Part shown: piece after piece, positions 38,646 to 49,523 of the stretch
Layout: the number at the start of each line of letters is the position of its first letter
Position numbering within the stretch: the first letter of the stretch is position 1
Source: Abditibacterium sp.
Lineage (GTDB): Bacteria > Armatimonadota > Abditibacteriia > Abditibacteriales > Abditibacteriaceae
NCBI GenBank assembly: GCA_965199495.1
Contig: CBDASK010000003.1
Coordinates: forward strand, 3,328,001-3,392,000
Length of the DNA: 64,000 nucleotides
Direction: 5' to 3'
Notes under the pieces: model-generated
What the model was told of the DNA's origin: nothing
The model's input: the letters and a program-made list of their open reading frames with translations, nothing else
The model's database searches: none
Program-made: the position numbers and the translations under genes

Positions 38646-41243
38646 ATGTCCCAAACTAATTCCGACGACGCCAAACCCAAACTCTCGCGCCGCGAATTTG
38701 TGGCCGCGAGCGCGATTTTAGGCGCCGTGGCTGCGACCGATAAATCGTTGCGCGCCGCCCCGCAGCCACGCGCAACGAATGCCGACCTTATGAACGTCAA
38801 AACGCCCGTCGCCAACCGCGCGCCGTTGCTGCCCACGCCGTTTGTCGCGTTGCCGTTGGGTTCGATTCGGGCGCGTGGCTGGTTGCTTACGCAGTTGCAA
38901 TTGCAACGCGACGGTTTGACTGGCCATGCCGACGAACTATTGCCCGCCGTCAAACAATCGGCGTGGCGCGACGGGCAGGGCGAAGATTGGGAAAAAGGGC
39001 CGTATTATCTCAAGGGTTTGGTGCCGCTCGCATATACGCTCGATGATGCCGAGTTGAAAGCGAAAGTTACGAGTTGGATCGAGCCAATTTTGGCATCGCA
39101 GCGCGCGGACGGGTTCTTCGGGCCGACGCAAAACGACGATTGGTGGCCGCGCATGGTGGCGACTTATCTGTTGCGCGACTATGCCGAAGCCACCGGCGAT
39201 GCGCGCATCGAACCGTTTTTGACGCGCTATTATCGGCACATGAGCGAACATTTGCCCGCGCGACCATTGCAACTGTGGGCGACAGCGCGCGCGGGCGACG
39301 AAATTGATACGATTTTCTGGCTCTACAATCGCACCGGCGACGAATTTTTATTGGGTTTGGCCGATTTGCTCCACGATCAAGCAATCGCGTGGACGGATAT
39401 TTTTACCGATAATACATTCGGCGAAAAAGGTTGGATGGAGCAGCACAACGTCAACGTGCCCCAAGCGCTGAAAATGCCGCCGGTTTATTATCAGAAATCG
39501 CACAGCGCACGCGACCGCGCGGCGTTTACCGTTGGATTGGCCAACTTAGATCGCGATCACGGCAGCAGTTTTGGCATCAATAACGGCGCCGAAAAGCTAT
39601 CGGGCCGTTCGCCGGGCGCGGGCGTTGAGACGTGTTCGATTGTCGAAAAATTATTATCTTCCCACACCGCACTACGCATTTTGGGCGACGCGACTATCGG
39701 CGATAACATCGAAATGTTGGCCTTCAATGCTTTGCCCGCCGCGCTTTCGTCCGATATTCACCAGCACGTCTATTACACCATTGCCAATCACGTCAAAGCG
39801 CCGCTGGGCAAGCTGGGTTTCGACGACGATCACGGCGACGACGTGACGCCCGCGCCGCGCGCGGGTTATCCGTGTTGCTGCTACAACTTGCACATGGGCT
39901 GGCCCAAAATCGTCCAGCACAGTTGGGCAGCCACGGCGGACGGCGGTCTGGCTTTGATGATTAATGTGCCCTCGCAAGTGACGGCACGCGTGGCCGATGG
40001 GCGCGTGGCGAACATCGAATGTCAGACCAATTATCCGTTTGAAGAGACGATTAATCTCACCGTGGGCGTAACGGCGATTTTCCCGCTCAAATTGCGCATA
40101 CCGCTTTGGTGCAAAAACGCCCAGATTAGAATTAATGGCAAAGCGCAGGCGCAGCCCCGCGCGGGCGCGTTCGCGACGATTAACCGGCAATGGCGCGATG
40201 GCGACCGTGTTGAATTGACCTTGCCTATGCCGGTTAAAGTTTCGCGCGGCGCGGGTAATTCGGCGTCGGTGACGCGTGGCCCGTTGTTATTTGCGCTGGG
40301 TTTGAACGAAAATTGGCGGGCTTTTGGCGCGGGCGAGCGCGAAGGCGCGCCGGGCTTTGAATCGTATCAGATCGACACCGATTCGTCGTGGAACTGGGCG
40401 CTCGAATTGAACCCAAAAGATGCGGCGCGTTCGTTTGCCATGACCAAAAATGCGATGCCCGAAAATCCGTTTGCGACGGGCCGCGCGCCGATTTCGCTGC
40501 AAGTCAACGCGCGCCGCGTGCCCGATTGGACGATGCGCCCGTCCGACGTGGCTGCCTTCGACCCGCCGCAAAGTCCGGTGGCGACAACAGCCAACACGCA
40601 ACCAATCACGCTCGTGCCATTCGGCTCGCAAATGCTGCGCGTGACCGATTTTCCCGTCGTCGGCACGCCCGCGCAAGCCGCGATTATGCCGCGCGTTTTC
40701 GCGGATAATTTCGACGACGGCCACATTGATGATTGGATTATTTACGGCGGCAACTGGTATGACCGCGATGGCGCTTTGCGTTTGCCAACTCAGCGCGGCG
40801 CCGGAATGATCGTCGCGCCCGCCGCGCGCTTCCGCGATTTCGTGATGGACGCGCAAATTATGCCGACCATTAACGGCGATTTGGGTTTGACATTTCGCAC
40901 CGATAATCCCGGAATGCTTTTGGACGAATATCAGGGTTATTACGTCGGGCTGCGCGCCTTCGATAATCAAGTCGTCATCGGGCGCAGCGATTTCGCTTGG
41001 CAACCGCTGCAATACGCGCCGCTCGAAATGAAGCCGGGCGAACCCTATCAAATGCGCATCGAAGCGCGCGGGCCACAAATTCGTGTTTGGGTTGGCAAAG
41101 AGGCGCCCGCCGATGGAGCCACGCCGACGATTGAGGTGCGCGACGACCGTTATTCCAGCGGCGCGATTGGCATTCGTTGTTACGGCGCCGACGACGGCAA
41201 AGATAAAGCGGGCTTCGCCCGGTTGCGCGTGCGGGCGATTTAA
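38646..41243 (+). CDS. GH127-like glycoside hydrolase (beta-L-arabinofuranosidase family) with Tat signal and C-terminal DUF1080-like domain
   Basis: LSRREF Tat motif; ETC and YPCCCYN motifs; TNYPF..LRIP.W; RGPLLFAL. Confidence 0.85.
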   Translation: MSQTNSDDAKPKLSRREFVAASAILGAVAATDKSLRAAPQPRATNADLMNVKTPVANRAPLLPTPFVALPLGSIRARGWLLTQLQLQRDGLTGHADELLPAVKQSAWRDGQGEDWEKGPYYLKGLVPLAYTLDDAELKAKVTSWIEPILASQRADGFFGPTQNDDWWPRMVATYLLRDYAEATGDARIEPFLTRYYRHMSEHLPARPLQLWATARAGDEIDTIFWLYNRTGDEFLLGLADLLHDQAIAWTDIFTDNTFGEKGWMEQHNVNVPQALKMPPVYYQKSHSARDRAAFTVGLANLDRDHGSSFGINNGAEKLSGRSPGAGVETCSIVEKLLSSHTALRILGDATIGDNIEMLAFNALPAALSSDIHQHVYYTIANHVKAPLGKLGFDDDHGDDVTPAPRAGYPCCCYNLHMGWPKIVQHSWAATADGGLALMINVPSQVTARVADGRVANIECQTNYPFEETINLTVGVTAIFPLKLRIPLWCKNAQIRINGKAQAQPRAGAFATINRQWRDGDRVELTLPMPVKVSRGAGNSASVTRGPLLFALGLNENWRAFGAGEREGAPGFESYQIDTDSSWNWALELNPKDAARSFAMTKNAMPENPFATGRAPISLQVNARRVPDWTMRPSDVAAFDPPQSPVATTANTQPITLVPFGSQMLRVTDFPVVGTPAQAAIMPRVFADNFDDGHIDDWIIYGGNWYDRDGALRLPTQRGAGMIVAPAARFRDFVMDAQIMPTINGDLGLTFRTDNPGMLLDEYQGYYVGLRAFDNQVVIGRSDFAWQPLQYAPLEMKPGEPYQMRIEARGPQIRVWVGKEAPADGATPTIEVRDDRYSSGAIGIRCYGADDGKDKAGFARLRVRAI

Positions 41244-41305
41244 GGTTTGAATTGTGGAAAAGGCGGGGCTACACGGTCTCGTCTTTTCTGTTTATAATTA
41301 GAGCA

Positions 41306-42322
41306 ATGAATCGCCGTTTTCTCATTGCGCTCGCCGCTATTGTTGTTCCCATTCCGCTTCGCTTGGCCCATGCCGCGCCGGACGAGCAGCCCGTTAAAGT
41401 CGCGTTAATTGCTCCGCCCAATGCGAATGGCCATCATCTGGCTGGGCCGGCGATTTCGTTTGGTATACGCGCTTCGGAACACGAAATTATTTTTCCGACA
41501 ATAAATAAGGCCGACGATTTAGAAAGTAAGCTCTTCAACTTCAAAACAAAAACGGTGCGCCCTTTGGAAGCGGAAGGCATCGTCGCTGGCGGTAATGGCG
41601 AGTGGCATTTTGTGGGCGGCGCGGCGCCTTATCTTGCGGTGCGTCAGGGCGCGTCGGCTGAGCGGCCCTACGCATTTCCCGTCGAAGACTTTGAGGAATT
41701 GAACGCGATGCCCACCGATTTATATCAAGATTCGGCGACCGTCGCGGCCAACGATGAGCGTGTCGAAATGGTGGTCGGCGCACACTATTATCGTTGGAAC
41801 GTCAAAACGCGCGCGTTGGAGATGAACGTCAATTGCGATATGGAAAGCGGTTTAGAAAATAAGTCGATTGCGCGCGATGGCGAAAGCATCATCAACGCGG
41901 ATTTAAGTGAAATTAGCGTGCTTTCGACGGAAACTGGCCAATTCACGCGCCACGACAAAGTGCCGCACGCGGGCGCCGATGGCGCTCATATTTCCGCGTT
42001 CGGCGCTTATTGCGTTTACGAACCGGTAACGAACTCGCAAGAGCAAATTTGGTCTGTCCTCGATACAGCCACGGCGGGCGAGCTGTGGAAATTTACGCTC
42101 GATAATTGGCAAAAAGATGTCGTTCTGTTTTCGCCCGACGAAAAATACCTCATCATCGGGCGCGGCGACCGCCAAATCTGGGAATTTCACGATGTCAAAA
42201 CCGGCGAAATCCTGAAGACATTGCCGATGGTTGCAGGCGCCAATTACGCCGCCTTTGCGCCCGATGGCGAAATGCTTTACAGCGTCGCCAATGGCGTGTT
42301 GTATCAACAGAGCGCGCGCTAA
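41306..42322 (+). CDS. Secreted WD40-like beta-propeller, paralogue 2
   Basis: MNRR signal peptide with AHA cleavage site; ends LYSVANGVLYQQSAR. Confidence 0.75.
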   Translation: MNRRFLIALAAIVVPIPLRLAHAAPDEQPVKVALIAPPNANGHHLAGPAISFGIRASEHEIIFPTINKADDLESKLFNFKTKTVRPLEAEGIVAGGNGEWHFVGGAAPYLAVRQGASAERPYAFPVEDFEELNAMPTDLYQDSATVAANDERVEMVVGAHYYRWNVKTRALEMNVNCDMESGLENKSIARDGESIINADLSEISVLSTETGQFTRHDKVPHAGADGAHISAFGAYCVYEPVTNSQEQIWSVLDTATAGELWKFTLDNWQKDVVLFSPDEKYLIIGRGDRQIWEFHDVKTGEILKTLPMVAGANYAAFAPDGEMLYSVANGVLYQQSAR

Positions 42323-42332
42323 ACTTACGGGC

Positions 42333-43346
42333 ATGAAACCTCTTGGCGTTTGCGGCGGCTTAGCCGCGTTTTTAACAGCGGCCTTGTTTATCGAGGCACC
42401 CTCGTTGGCACAGCCCACAACCGGGCCGCAACCGGTGAAAGTTATAAGGCCGCTCGACGCGAGCGTTCGGGATTATGCCGAACTCGATTTGCGGGTTTCG
42501 CCGCGCTACGCTGTGGCAGGCGCGGACTCGGCTTACACGCGCTTCGACTTACAAACCGGCGCGACATTGCCGCTGAAAAATGCCACCTTTATGTCGGACG
42601 ACGGATCGCTGGGCTTTCTCGAAATCAGCGACCTTTTGGCGTTGCAACTGCGCAAAGCTGGCAATCCCACCGCGATTTATCAGGCTCCGCCTTCCAAGCC
42701 GGGAAAGGCCACTCTGATTTCCGTGGGGCAACGCCCCGATTTTGTTCGAGTGACTCCGCAAACCAATCGCGTGGAGATGATTCAGGGCGGCTTTTATTGT
42801 CGCTGGAATCAGACCTCGCGCGCGCTGCAACGCCGCGTTGCCATTGGCAATATCGGTTCGGCTCAGACGGTTTCGCGCGATGGAGAAACCGTCATTTGCG
42901 CGGCTAAAAGCGCCATTTATCGCAACTCGACGCGCGCCGGACAAAAGCCCGTCAAGGTTTCGTTTCAGGGTTTTAATGTTTCCAAGGCCCGGCAAATTTT
43001 GCCCGATGGCAGCACCGCGATTTACGAAGCTGTCGCAGCGGCGGGCGGCAAAAGCGCGCCGTTATTGCGCATTGTCAATACCAAAAACGGGCGCGAACTG
43101 TGGAACGTAAAATGGAAAGCCGATGCGTCCGGTTATCACGATGCCGCCGTTTTCTCATCGGATGAAACGCTGCTGGCGATTCCGTTTACCGTGCGGAATC
43201 TATGGGAAATCCGCGCGACGAAAACTGGCGCATTGTTGCGCACTCTGCCGTTATTATCCAACGTGCAAGCCGCCGCGTTTTCGCCTGATAACGCCACGCT
43301 TTACAGCGCCGCCGATGGCGTATTGTATCGCCAAAGCGCGCGCTAA
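42333..43346 (+). CDS. Secreted WD40-like beta-propeller, paralogue 3
   Basis: Signal peptide; ends LYSAADGVLYRQSAR. Confidence 0.75.
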   Translation: MKPLGVCGGLAAFLTAALFIEAPSLAQPTTGPQPVKVIRPLDASVRDYAELDLRVSPRYAVAGADSAYTRFDLQTGATLPLKNATFMSDDGSLGFLEISDLLALQLRKAGNPTAIYQAPPSKPGKATLISVGQRPDFVRVTPQTNRVEMIQGGFYCRWNQTSRALQRRVAIGNIGSAQTVSRDGETVICAAKSAIYRNSTRAGQKPVKVSFQGFNVSKARQILPDGSTAIYEAVAAAGGKSAPLLRIVNTKNGRELWNVKWKADASGYHDAAVFSSDETLLAIPFTVRNLWEIRATKTGALLRTLPLLSNVQAAAFSPDNATLYSAADGVLYRQSAR

Positions 43347-43404
43347 AAACGTGCGCCACAGTCGAGGCCAAACGGTTTCGGCCTTTTGGGTTTATGCTTG
43401 AGTT

Positions 43405-44412
43405 ATGAAACCACAACAACGCGGCTGGATTTTTTTGTGCGCACTTTTGCCGTTACTTTTTGGCGGTTGGGCGTTGTTTTTGTCGCGACGGGCGCCGCGT
43501 TTTGGGCAGGAATGGCAACCGCAACGCTTGGGCAGTTTCTATGTTGAGACCCAAGCGGCTAATCCCGAATTGACGATATACGCGACCAAAGATGTCGTGC
43601 GCAGCAGTCACTATATTTTCGACTTGAAAACCAATAAAGGGCGCTATTCGGTTTATGGAAATGTGACGGGCGATGGTGCTGAAATGTGGGATTTGGTCGA
43701 GGACGCGCAAAAAACCTTGCATCTGCGCGTGGCGGGCGGCAAAAATCCGTTTCGTTATGAGGTGCCCGCCGCTTTGCAAAAGACGATTCGCAAAGACATC
43801 GGAGAGCAGACCGGCGCCGATTTCTTTCAGTGGGACGATAAAGTCGGTTTGTTGGCCAACACGCGTTTGTATCGGTGGCAGCAACGCGTCGCCAAGCCGC
43901 TCAGCCCGCTCAAAATTTCGGCGTCGGGCGATGGCATTGGCACCATTAACCAAGCTCGCAACGAGATAATTTATGCAGATGTCGCGGCGATTACGCGGTT
44001 TTCTCTGCGCGATGGCAAAATCATCAAACGTCTGCGCCCGCAGACCAGCGAGGATGTCGAATGGGTCTCACTTTCGGGCGCCGGGCGCTATGTGGGTTAT
44101 GGCGCGCCATTGAACTCTCATGGCACGAGTCGTCGCTTAAAATGGCAAATCTATCGGGTCGCCACCGAAAAATTCGTGTGGAGTTTCGAGACGCAAGACG
44201 AAGCCACGTCGGCTTTCTTCGCACGGGACGGGACGCGTCATGTGCTGGCGGTGCCTGCGCGCCAACTCTGGGAAATTCGCGATGGCGCAACCGGCAAAAT
44301 TCTGCGCGTCTTGCCGATGCTGCCGGGCACACGCGCGGGCGACCTTTCGCCCGATGGTGCCACGCTTTACTCGGTCGCAAACGGCGTTCTGTATCGCCAA
44401 CGCGCGCGCTAA
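43405..44412 (+). CDS. Membrane-anchored or secreted WD40-like beta-propeller, paralogue 4
   Basis: N-terminal hydrophobic helix; ends LYSVANGVLYRQRAR. Confidence 0.75.
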   Translation: MKPQQRGWIFLCALLPLLFGGWALFLSRRAPRFGQEWQPQRLGSFYVETQAANPELTIYATKDVVRSSHYIFDLKTNKGRYSVYGNVTGDGAEMWDLVEDAQKTLHLRVAGGKNPFRYEVPAALQKTIRKDIGEQTGADFFQWDDKVGLLANTRLYRWQQRVAKPLSPLKISASGDGIGTINQARNEIIYADVAAITRFSLRDGKIIKRLRPQTSEDVEWVSLSGAGRYVGYGAPLNSHGTSRRLKWQIYRVATEKFVWSFETQDEATSAFFARDGTRHVLAVPARQLWEIRDGATGKILRVLPMLPGTRAGDLSPDGATLYSVANGVLYRQRAR

Positions 44413-44504
44413 ACTTTAGGATATGAATCGTCGCCCCACCGCGCGTCATCGCGGTTTCGGGACTCATCAAACCGGCGCTAAACTTTAGGATATGAATCGT
44501 CGCC
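44406..44504 (+). repeat. 30-bp direct repeat of the stop / -10 / start junction (period 69 bp)
   Basis: GCGCTAAACTTTAGGATATGAATCGTCGCC at 44406-44435 and 44475-44504. Confidence 0.9.
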
Positions 44505-45472
44505 TCCTTCTCATTGCGCTTGCTGTCGCGTTGCCGGTTGTCAGTTTTGCCGCGCCGAAAAAGGCGCCCATATTTTCCGCGAAATTCCGTCCGATTGTGG
44601 TGGGCAAAGTCGCGGGCGCCGACTCCGCTTTTGACGCCACTACGCGCTATCTGTTGGTTTACGGAAATAAAACTGGCGAGACTTTGTTCGATCTGAAAAC
44701 CGGCGCGCGACGGCCTTTGCAGGAAAGCGAGGGCATCGCTTCCAACGGCGCTTGGAAGTGGAAGTTACGCTTTGGTCGCACCGTCCAATTGGAGTTGCGT
44801 CACGCCAACGGCCCCAGCTCGCGTTACGATTGCCCAAAGTTCGAGGGCGACGGAATGAAGCCGCTATCGCCCGATTGGATTCGCATCGCGCCCGAACGCA
44901 ATCGGCTCGAAGCGTTGTTGATGAACCGTTGCTATCGCTGGGAATTGCGGTCGGGGCGCCTGATTTCTAATGTTGCAATGCCGTGTTTTGACGGCTCCGT
45001 CGCCGCATCATCCACGTCGCCCGATGTTTTGGTCAAAGCGAGCGATAATGGCACTGGCATTAATTTCATGTCCATCGGTTCGGGACGGCGAGTTCGTCAC
45101 GTCACCCTGCGAGCGCCATCGAATTTTACCGATGACCAATTCGCGCCCGGTGGTTCTTACGCGATTTGCACTGATAATAATCGCATTGGGCCATCCGAGC
45201 GCAATTTGGTGGTAGACACCCGCACCGGGCGCGTGTTGTGGAAGTTTGCCCTGACCCATTGGCGTGATAGCTCTTGCTTCTCGCCCGATGGAAAGCGTTT
45301 GGCGGTGCCGCAGAGCAAACGCCAGCAATGGGAAATCCGTGACTCTAAAACTGGCGTAATTCTGCACATATTGCCGCTTGTGACCGACGTTCACTCCGCC
45401 CCGTTTTCGCCTGATGGGTTTACGCTTTATTCCGTCGCCAACGGTGTGTTGTATAAGCAACGCGCGCGCTAA
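44492..45472 (+). CDS. Secreted WD40-like beta-propeller, paralogue 5
   Basis: MNRR signal peptide; ends LYSVANGVLYKQRAR. Confidence 0.75.
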   Translation: MNRRLLLIALAVALPVVSFAAPKKAPIFSAKFRPIVVGKVAGADSAFDATTRYLLVYGNKTGETLFDLKTGARRPLQESEGIASNGAWKWKLRFGRTVQLELRHANGPSSRYDCPKFEGDGMKPLSPDWIRIAPERNRLEALLMNRCYRWELRSGRLISNVAMPCFDGSVAASSTSPDVLVKASDNGTGINFMSIGSGRRVRHVTLRAPSNFTDDQFAPGGSYAICTDNNRIGPSERNLVVDTRTGRVLWKFALTHWRDSSCFSPDGKRLAVPQSKRQQWEIRDSKTGVILHILPLVTDVHSAPFSPDGFTLYSVANGVLYKQRAR

Positions 45473-46605
45473 AATACCACGCCGACGTTGCCGTAAAGCC
45501 GAAATTTATCGCCGTTCAAACGGCGGCCATAACCCAAATCCACGTAACGGTTCACGGTCAATCCAACGCCCGCATACGGGCCGCGTCCGCTCAAACCGGC
45601 GTCGGCATGAACGAGCGATTGGTGATTCGATTTTTTGATAATCGGATATTGGAAAGTCACGGCGGGCGTGATGTTGGAATCCAAACCAAACAGCAAACCG
45701 GTTTTGACGGTTGGCGCGTAGACGCGGGGAATCGGCGCGTCGGTTTTGCCGTTCCAGTTGTTAGTCAAAAATTTATAGGTCGCATTTTCGGCAGAAGTGA
45801 CGCCCAAAAATAATCCATAGTGGCCGATGTCGAGCCATTGAATTGGCGGACGGCCCAACGCTTCCCACAGTTCGGTCGAGGCGCGGCGCGGGATGATTTG
45901 GTCACGCGCGGCTTGAATCATCAAAACGTGGCGTGGGCGGTTGCGGTCGGCGTAGTAAAGCGGGTCGGCCAGCGCCAAGTCGGCTTCGGTGATTTTAGCG
46001 GGGTCAATCGTTTTACGCACATTCAAGAACAGTTTGGCGAGCGTCGAGAGTTGCGCGATTTCTTTCAAGTCGCCACCGCCGACAAGTGCCACGCCGTTGT
46101 TGAGACGTTCGTCGCGGCCCATCGCCAGATGCGTGACAATCGCCCCCAGACTGACGCCCGCGATGCCCAATTTGTCGGGATTCACTTCGGGTTGGGTTTG
46201 CAACCAATTGGCGATAGTCGAACAATCGGACGCCGCCTGATTGAACGCGCTCGCCAAAATTTTGGGGTCGTCGGACACGTAAAATTTGACTGGCGCGCGG
46301 CCAACGGCGCGGTCGTAATGATAGGGCAACTGCATCACGACGGCGTTGACGCCGCGCGCGCTGAGATATTTGGCGAAACGCTGCGAAACTTCGATGCCGC
46401 CGCCCAACAAATGCAACAGAATCGCGGCGGGCGCTTTTTGGCTGTTCACGTTCTGCGCGGGATAAAACGTCAGGTGAATCACGTCGTTGCGTGGGTAGCC
46501 GGAGTTGATGGCCGAGGGCAAAGTGACATCGCGCGTTTGTGCACCCGCTAAAGTCGGGAATAACGCAACGAGGAAAACGAGTAGAACGCGCGGGAAAAAT
46601 TTCAT
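45469..46605 (-). CDS. Secreted alpha/beta-hydrolase with C-terminal beta-strand-rich tail
   Basis: Signal peptide (LAGA-Q); GVSLG nucleophile elbow; DQII and GHY catalytic positions; start inferred. Confidence 0.8.
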   Translation of the reverse strand: MKFFPRVLLVFLVALFPTLAGAQTRDVTLPSAINSGYPRNDVIHLTFYPAQNVNSQKAPAAILLHLLGGGIEVSQRFAKYLSARGVNAVVMQLPYHYDRAVGRAPVKFYVSDDPKILASAFNQAASDCSTIANWLQTQPEVNPDKLGIAGVSLGAIVTHLAMGRDERLNNGVALVGGGDLKEIAQLSTLAKLFLNVRKTIDPAKITEADLALADPLYYADRNRPRHVLMIQAARDQIIPRRASTELWEALGRPPIQWLDIGHYGLFLGVTSAENATYKFLTNNWNGKTDAPIPRVYAPTVKTGLLFGLDSNITPAVTFQYPIIKKSNHQSLVHADAGLSGRGPYAGVGLTVNRYVDLGYGRRLNGDKFRLYGNVGVVF

Positions 46606-46686
46606 CGGAAAACTTGGGTTTGACCCCTGATATTGTGGCATAGTTTGGCTGATAATTAAAAGAGTGCGTTTGCACAAACCGTTATA

Positions 46687-47373
46687 ATGGCCACATCTCG
46701 TCCCACTCCCCAACAAGTTTTGACCGATTTGCCGCTCGATGCGGCGCGCGAAGCCACTTGGCAGGGCTTCAAAGATGCGGGCGTGAAATCGCCGGTGATT
46801 GACGGCGAGCAAAGCGTCGTCGTCGGCACCACGGGCGACGGCGTTTTGCAGGCGGCGCGCGGCGTGCGCGCGACTTTCAGCGCCGAAATGGGCGGCACTT
46901 TAATTTCGCTCGAATCCAAACCGATCATGGGCGGCGTCATCGAAGCGCGCCGCGTCAAGCTCAAGCAAGCCGCCAAAGTCGCCGACGCGGTCGAAAAAGT
47001 CATCGAGCGCGGTTGGGAACGGCGCCCGACTTCGCACGAAATGGGCGCTCCCATGCCCGCAATGCCCGCGCCCATCGCAGCGCCCGGCGCGCCCGTGGCT
47101 GCTATGACCGGCGACCCATTTTATGGTCAGGTTTTACCGCACAAACAGGGCACGACTCTCATCATTTACGGCGTGCTGGGCCTGTTTTGCTGTCAAATTC
47201 TGGCGCCCTTTACATGGTATTATTGCAATGTCGCGCTCAGAAGTTACGGTGACATCGATCCAGGCGACAAAAGTTTGGTGAAAGTCGCGCGTATTTTGGG
47301 AATTATCGGTTGCCTGTTTTTGATAGGACGTATCGCGCTATTGGTCATCGGTAATAATCAACAAATTCGCTGA
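46687..47373 (+). CDS. Hypothetical protein with DUF4190-like C-terminal TM hairpin
   Basis: GVLGLFCC..ILAP and ARILGIIG pattern. Confidence 0.6.
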   Translation: MATSRPTPQQVLTDLPLDAAREATWQGFKDAGVKSPVIDGEQSVVVGTTGDGVLQAARGVRATFSAEMGGTLISLESKPIMGGVIEARRVKLKQAAKVADAVEKVIERGWERRPTSHEMGAPMPAMPAPIAAPGAPVAAMTGDPFYGQVLPHKQGTTLIIYGVLGLFCCQILAPFTWYYCNVALRSYGDIDPGDKSLVKVARILGIIGCLFLIGRIALLVIGNNQQIR

Positions 47374-48732
<1,359 letters not shown>

Positions 48733-48733
48733 G

Positions 48734-48877
48734 TTTTTAGCCCCAGAGTTCACAGAAAACGCGCAGAGGGACGCAGAGAAGCACGAAGCCATTGAAAATT
48801 ACCGGAAAGAGATTTTCTATTGTTTTTAATTGCTTCATGTTTCTCTGTGCGCTTTCTGTGAACTCTGGGGCCAAAAA
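48734..48877. repeat. Imperfect inverted repeat with 9-bp-periodic CACAGA/CGCAGAG units (related to 5957-6118)
   Basis: tttttagccccagagttcacagaaaacgcgcagag ... ctctgtgcgctttctgtgaactctggggccaaaaa. Confidence 0.75.
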
Positions 48878-48981
48878 AATTGCAAACTATTTGGAGCGAT
48901 AAAGTTTAAATTTCGTTAGTTACGCGTTAAAATGCGTGCAGAGTTTTCGCCGCGTTTGCTTCGGAACTTCATCACACTCTC

Positions 48982-49410
48982 ATGCCATCGCCCCGTTCCA
49001 CCAGTTCTGCTCCCCCAAAAAGTTCCGCGCCTCGCTCCAAGCCGAGTGGGAAAAACGCGGCGCCGCGCCTCAATCCCAACGATGCGGGCGTGAAACGGCG
49101 CGCGCTGCAACGCACTCGGCGGCGGCGCAATAATACGTTGGCGTGGGTATTTTTTATCGGTGCGACGGTGATTGTTAGCGGCGCGGCGACTGGCATCTGG
49201 GGCGAATACGAACGTGTCCGCGAAAAAATTGACGTGAAAGAAGCCACGCTGTCGGATTTGCACGCCCAACTCGACCGCAAACAACGCCGCGTTTCGGCGC
49301 TCGATAAACCCGAAGGCAAAGAACGCGCCCTCGTTGAAGGCGGCTATCTGGGCAAAGACGAGCGGTTTTTGCTGTTTCCCAAAGATAAATCGAAAGCGGG
49401 CAAAGAATAG
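48982..49410 (+). CDS. ftsB: Septum formation initiator (FtsB/DivIC family)
   Basis: TM helix, coiled coil and E.A...GY...DE tail; directly downstream of eno. Confidence 0.65.
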   Translation: MPSPRSTSSAPPKSSAPRSKPSGKNAAPRLNPNDAGVKRRALQRTRRRRNNTLAWVFFIGATVIVSGAATGIWGEYERVREKIDVKEATLSDLHAQLDRKQRRVSALDKPEGKERALVEGGYLGKDERFLLFPKDKSKAGKE

Positions 49411-49437
49411 ATTTGGGCGAAATGCAGTCGTTTTGCT

Positions 49438-49513
49438 AAAACAGAACCCGGAGCGGGAGCGACGCGGCTTTAAACGTTTAAAGCCGCGTCGCTCCCGCTC
49501 CGGGTTCTGTTTT
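49438..49513. repeat. 76-bp perfect palindrome with no spacer
   Basis: AAAACAGAACCCGGAGCGGGAGCGACGCGGCTTTAAAC|GTTTAAAGCCGCGTCGCTCCCGCTCCGGGTTCTGTTTT. Confidence 0.92.
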
Positions 49514-49523
49514 TATTTGGTTC

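Noticed and set aside
44406..44504. Possible minimal CRISPR array (30-bp repeats, 39-bp spacer)
   Set aside because: Only two units, the repeat is a gene junction containing a stop and a start codon, and there are no cas genes in the window
37595..45472. Integron cassette array interpretation of the propeller genes
   Set aside because: No attC-like RYYYAAC...GTTRRRY palindromes between the genes, some gaps are only about 10 bp, and there is no integrase
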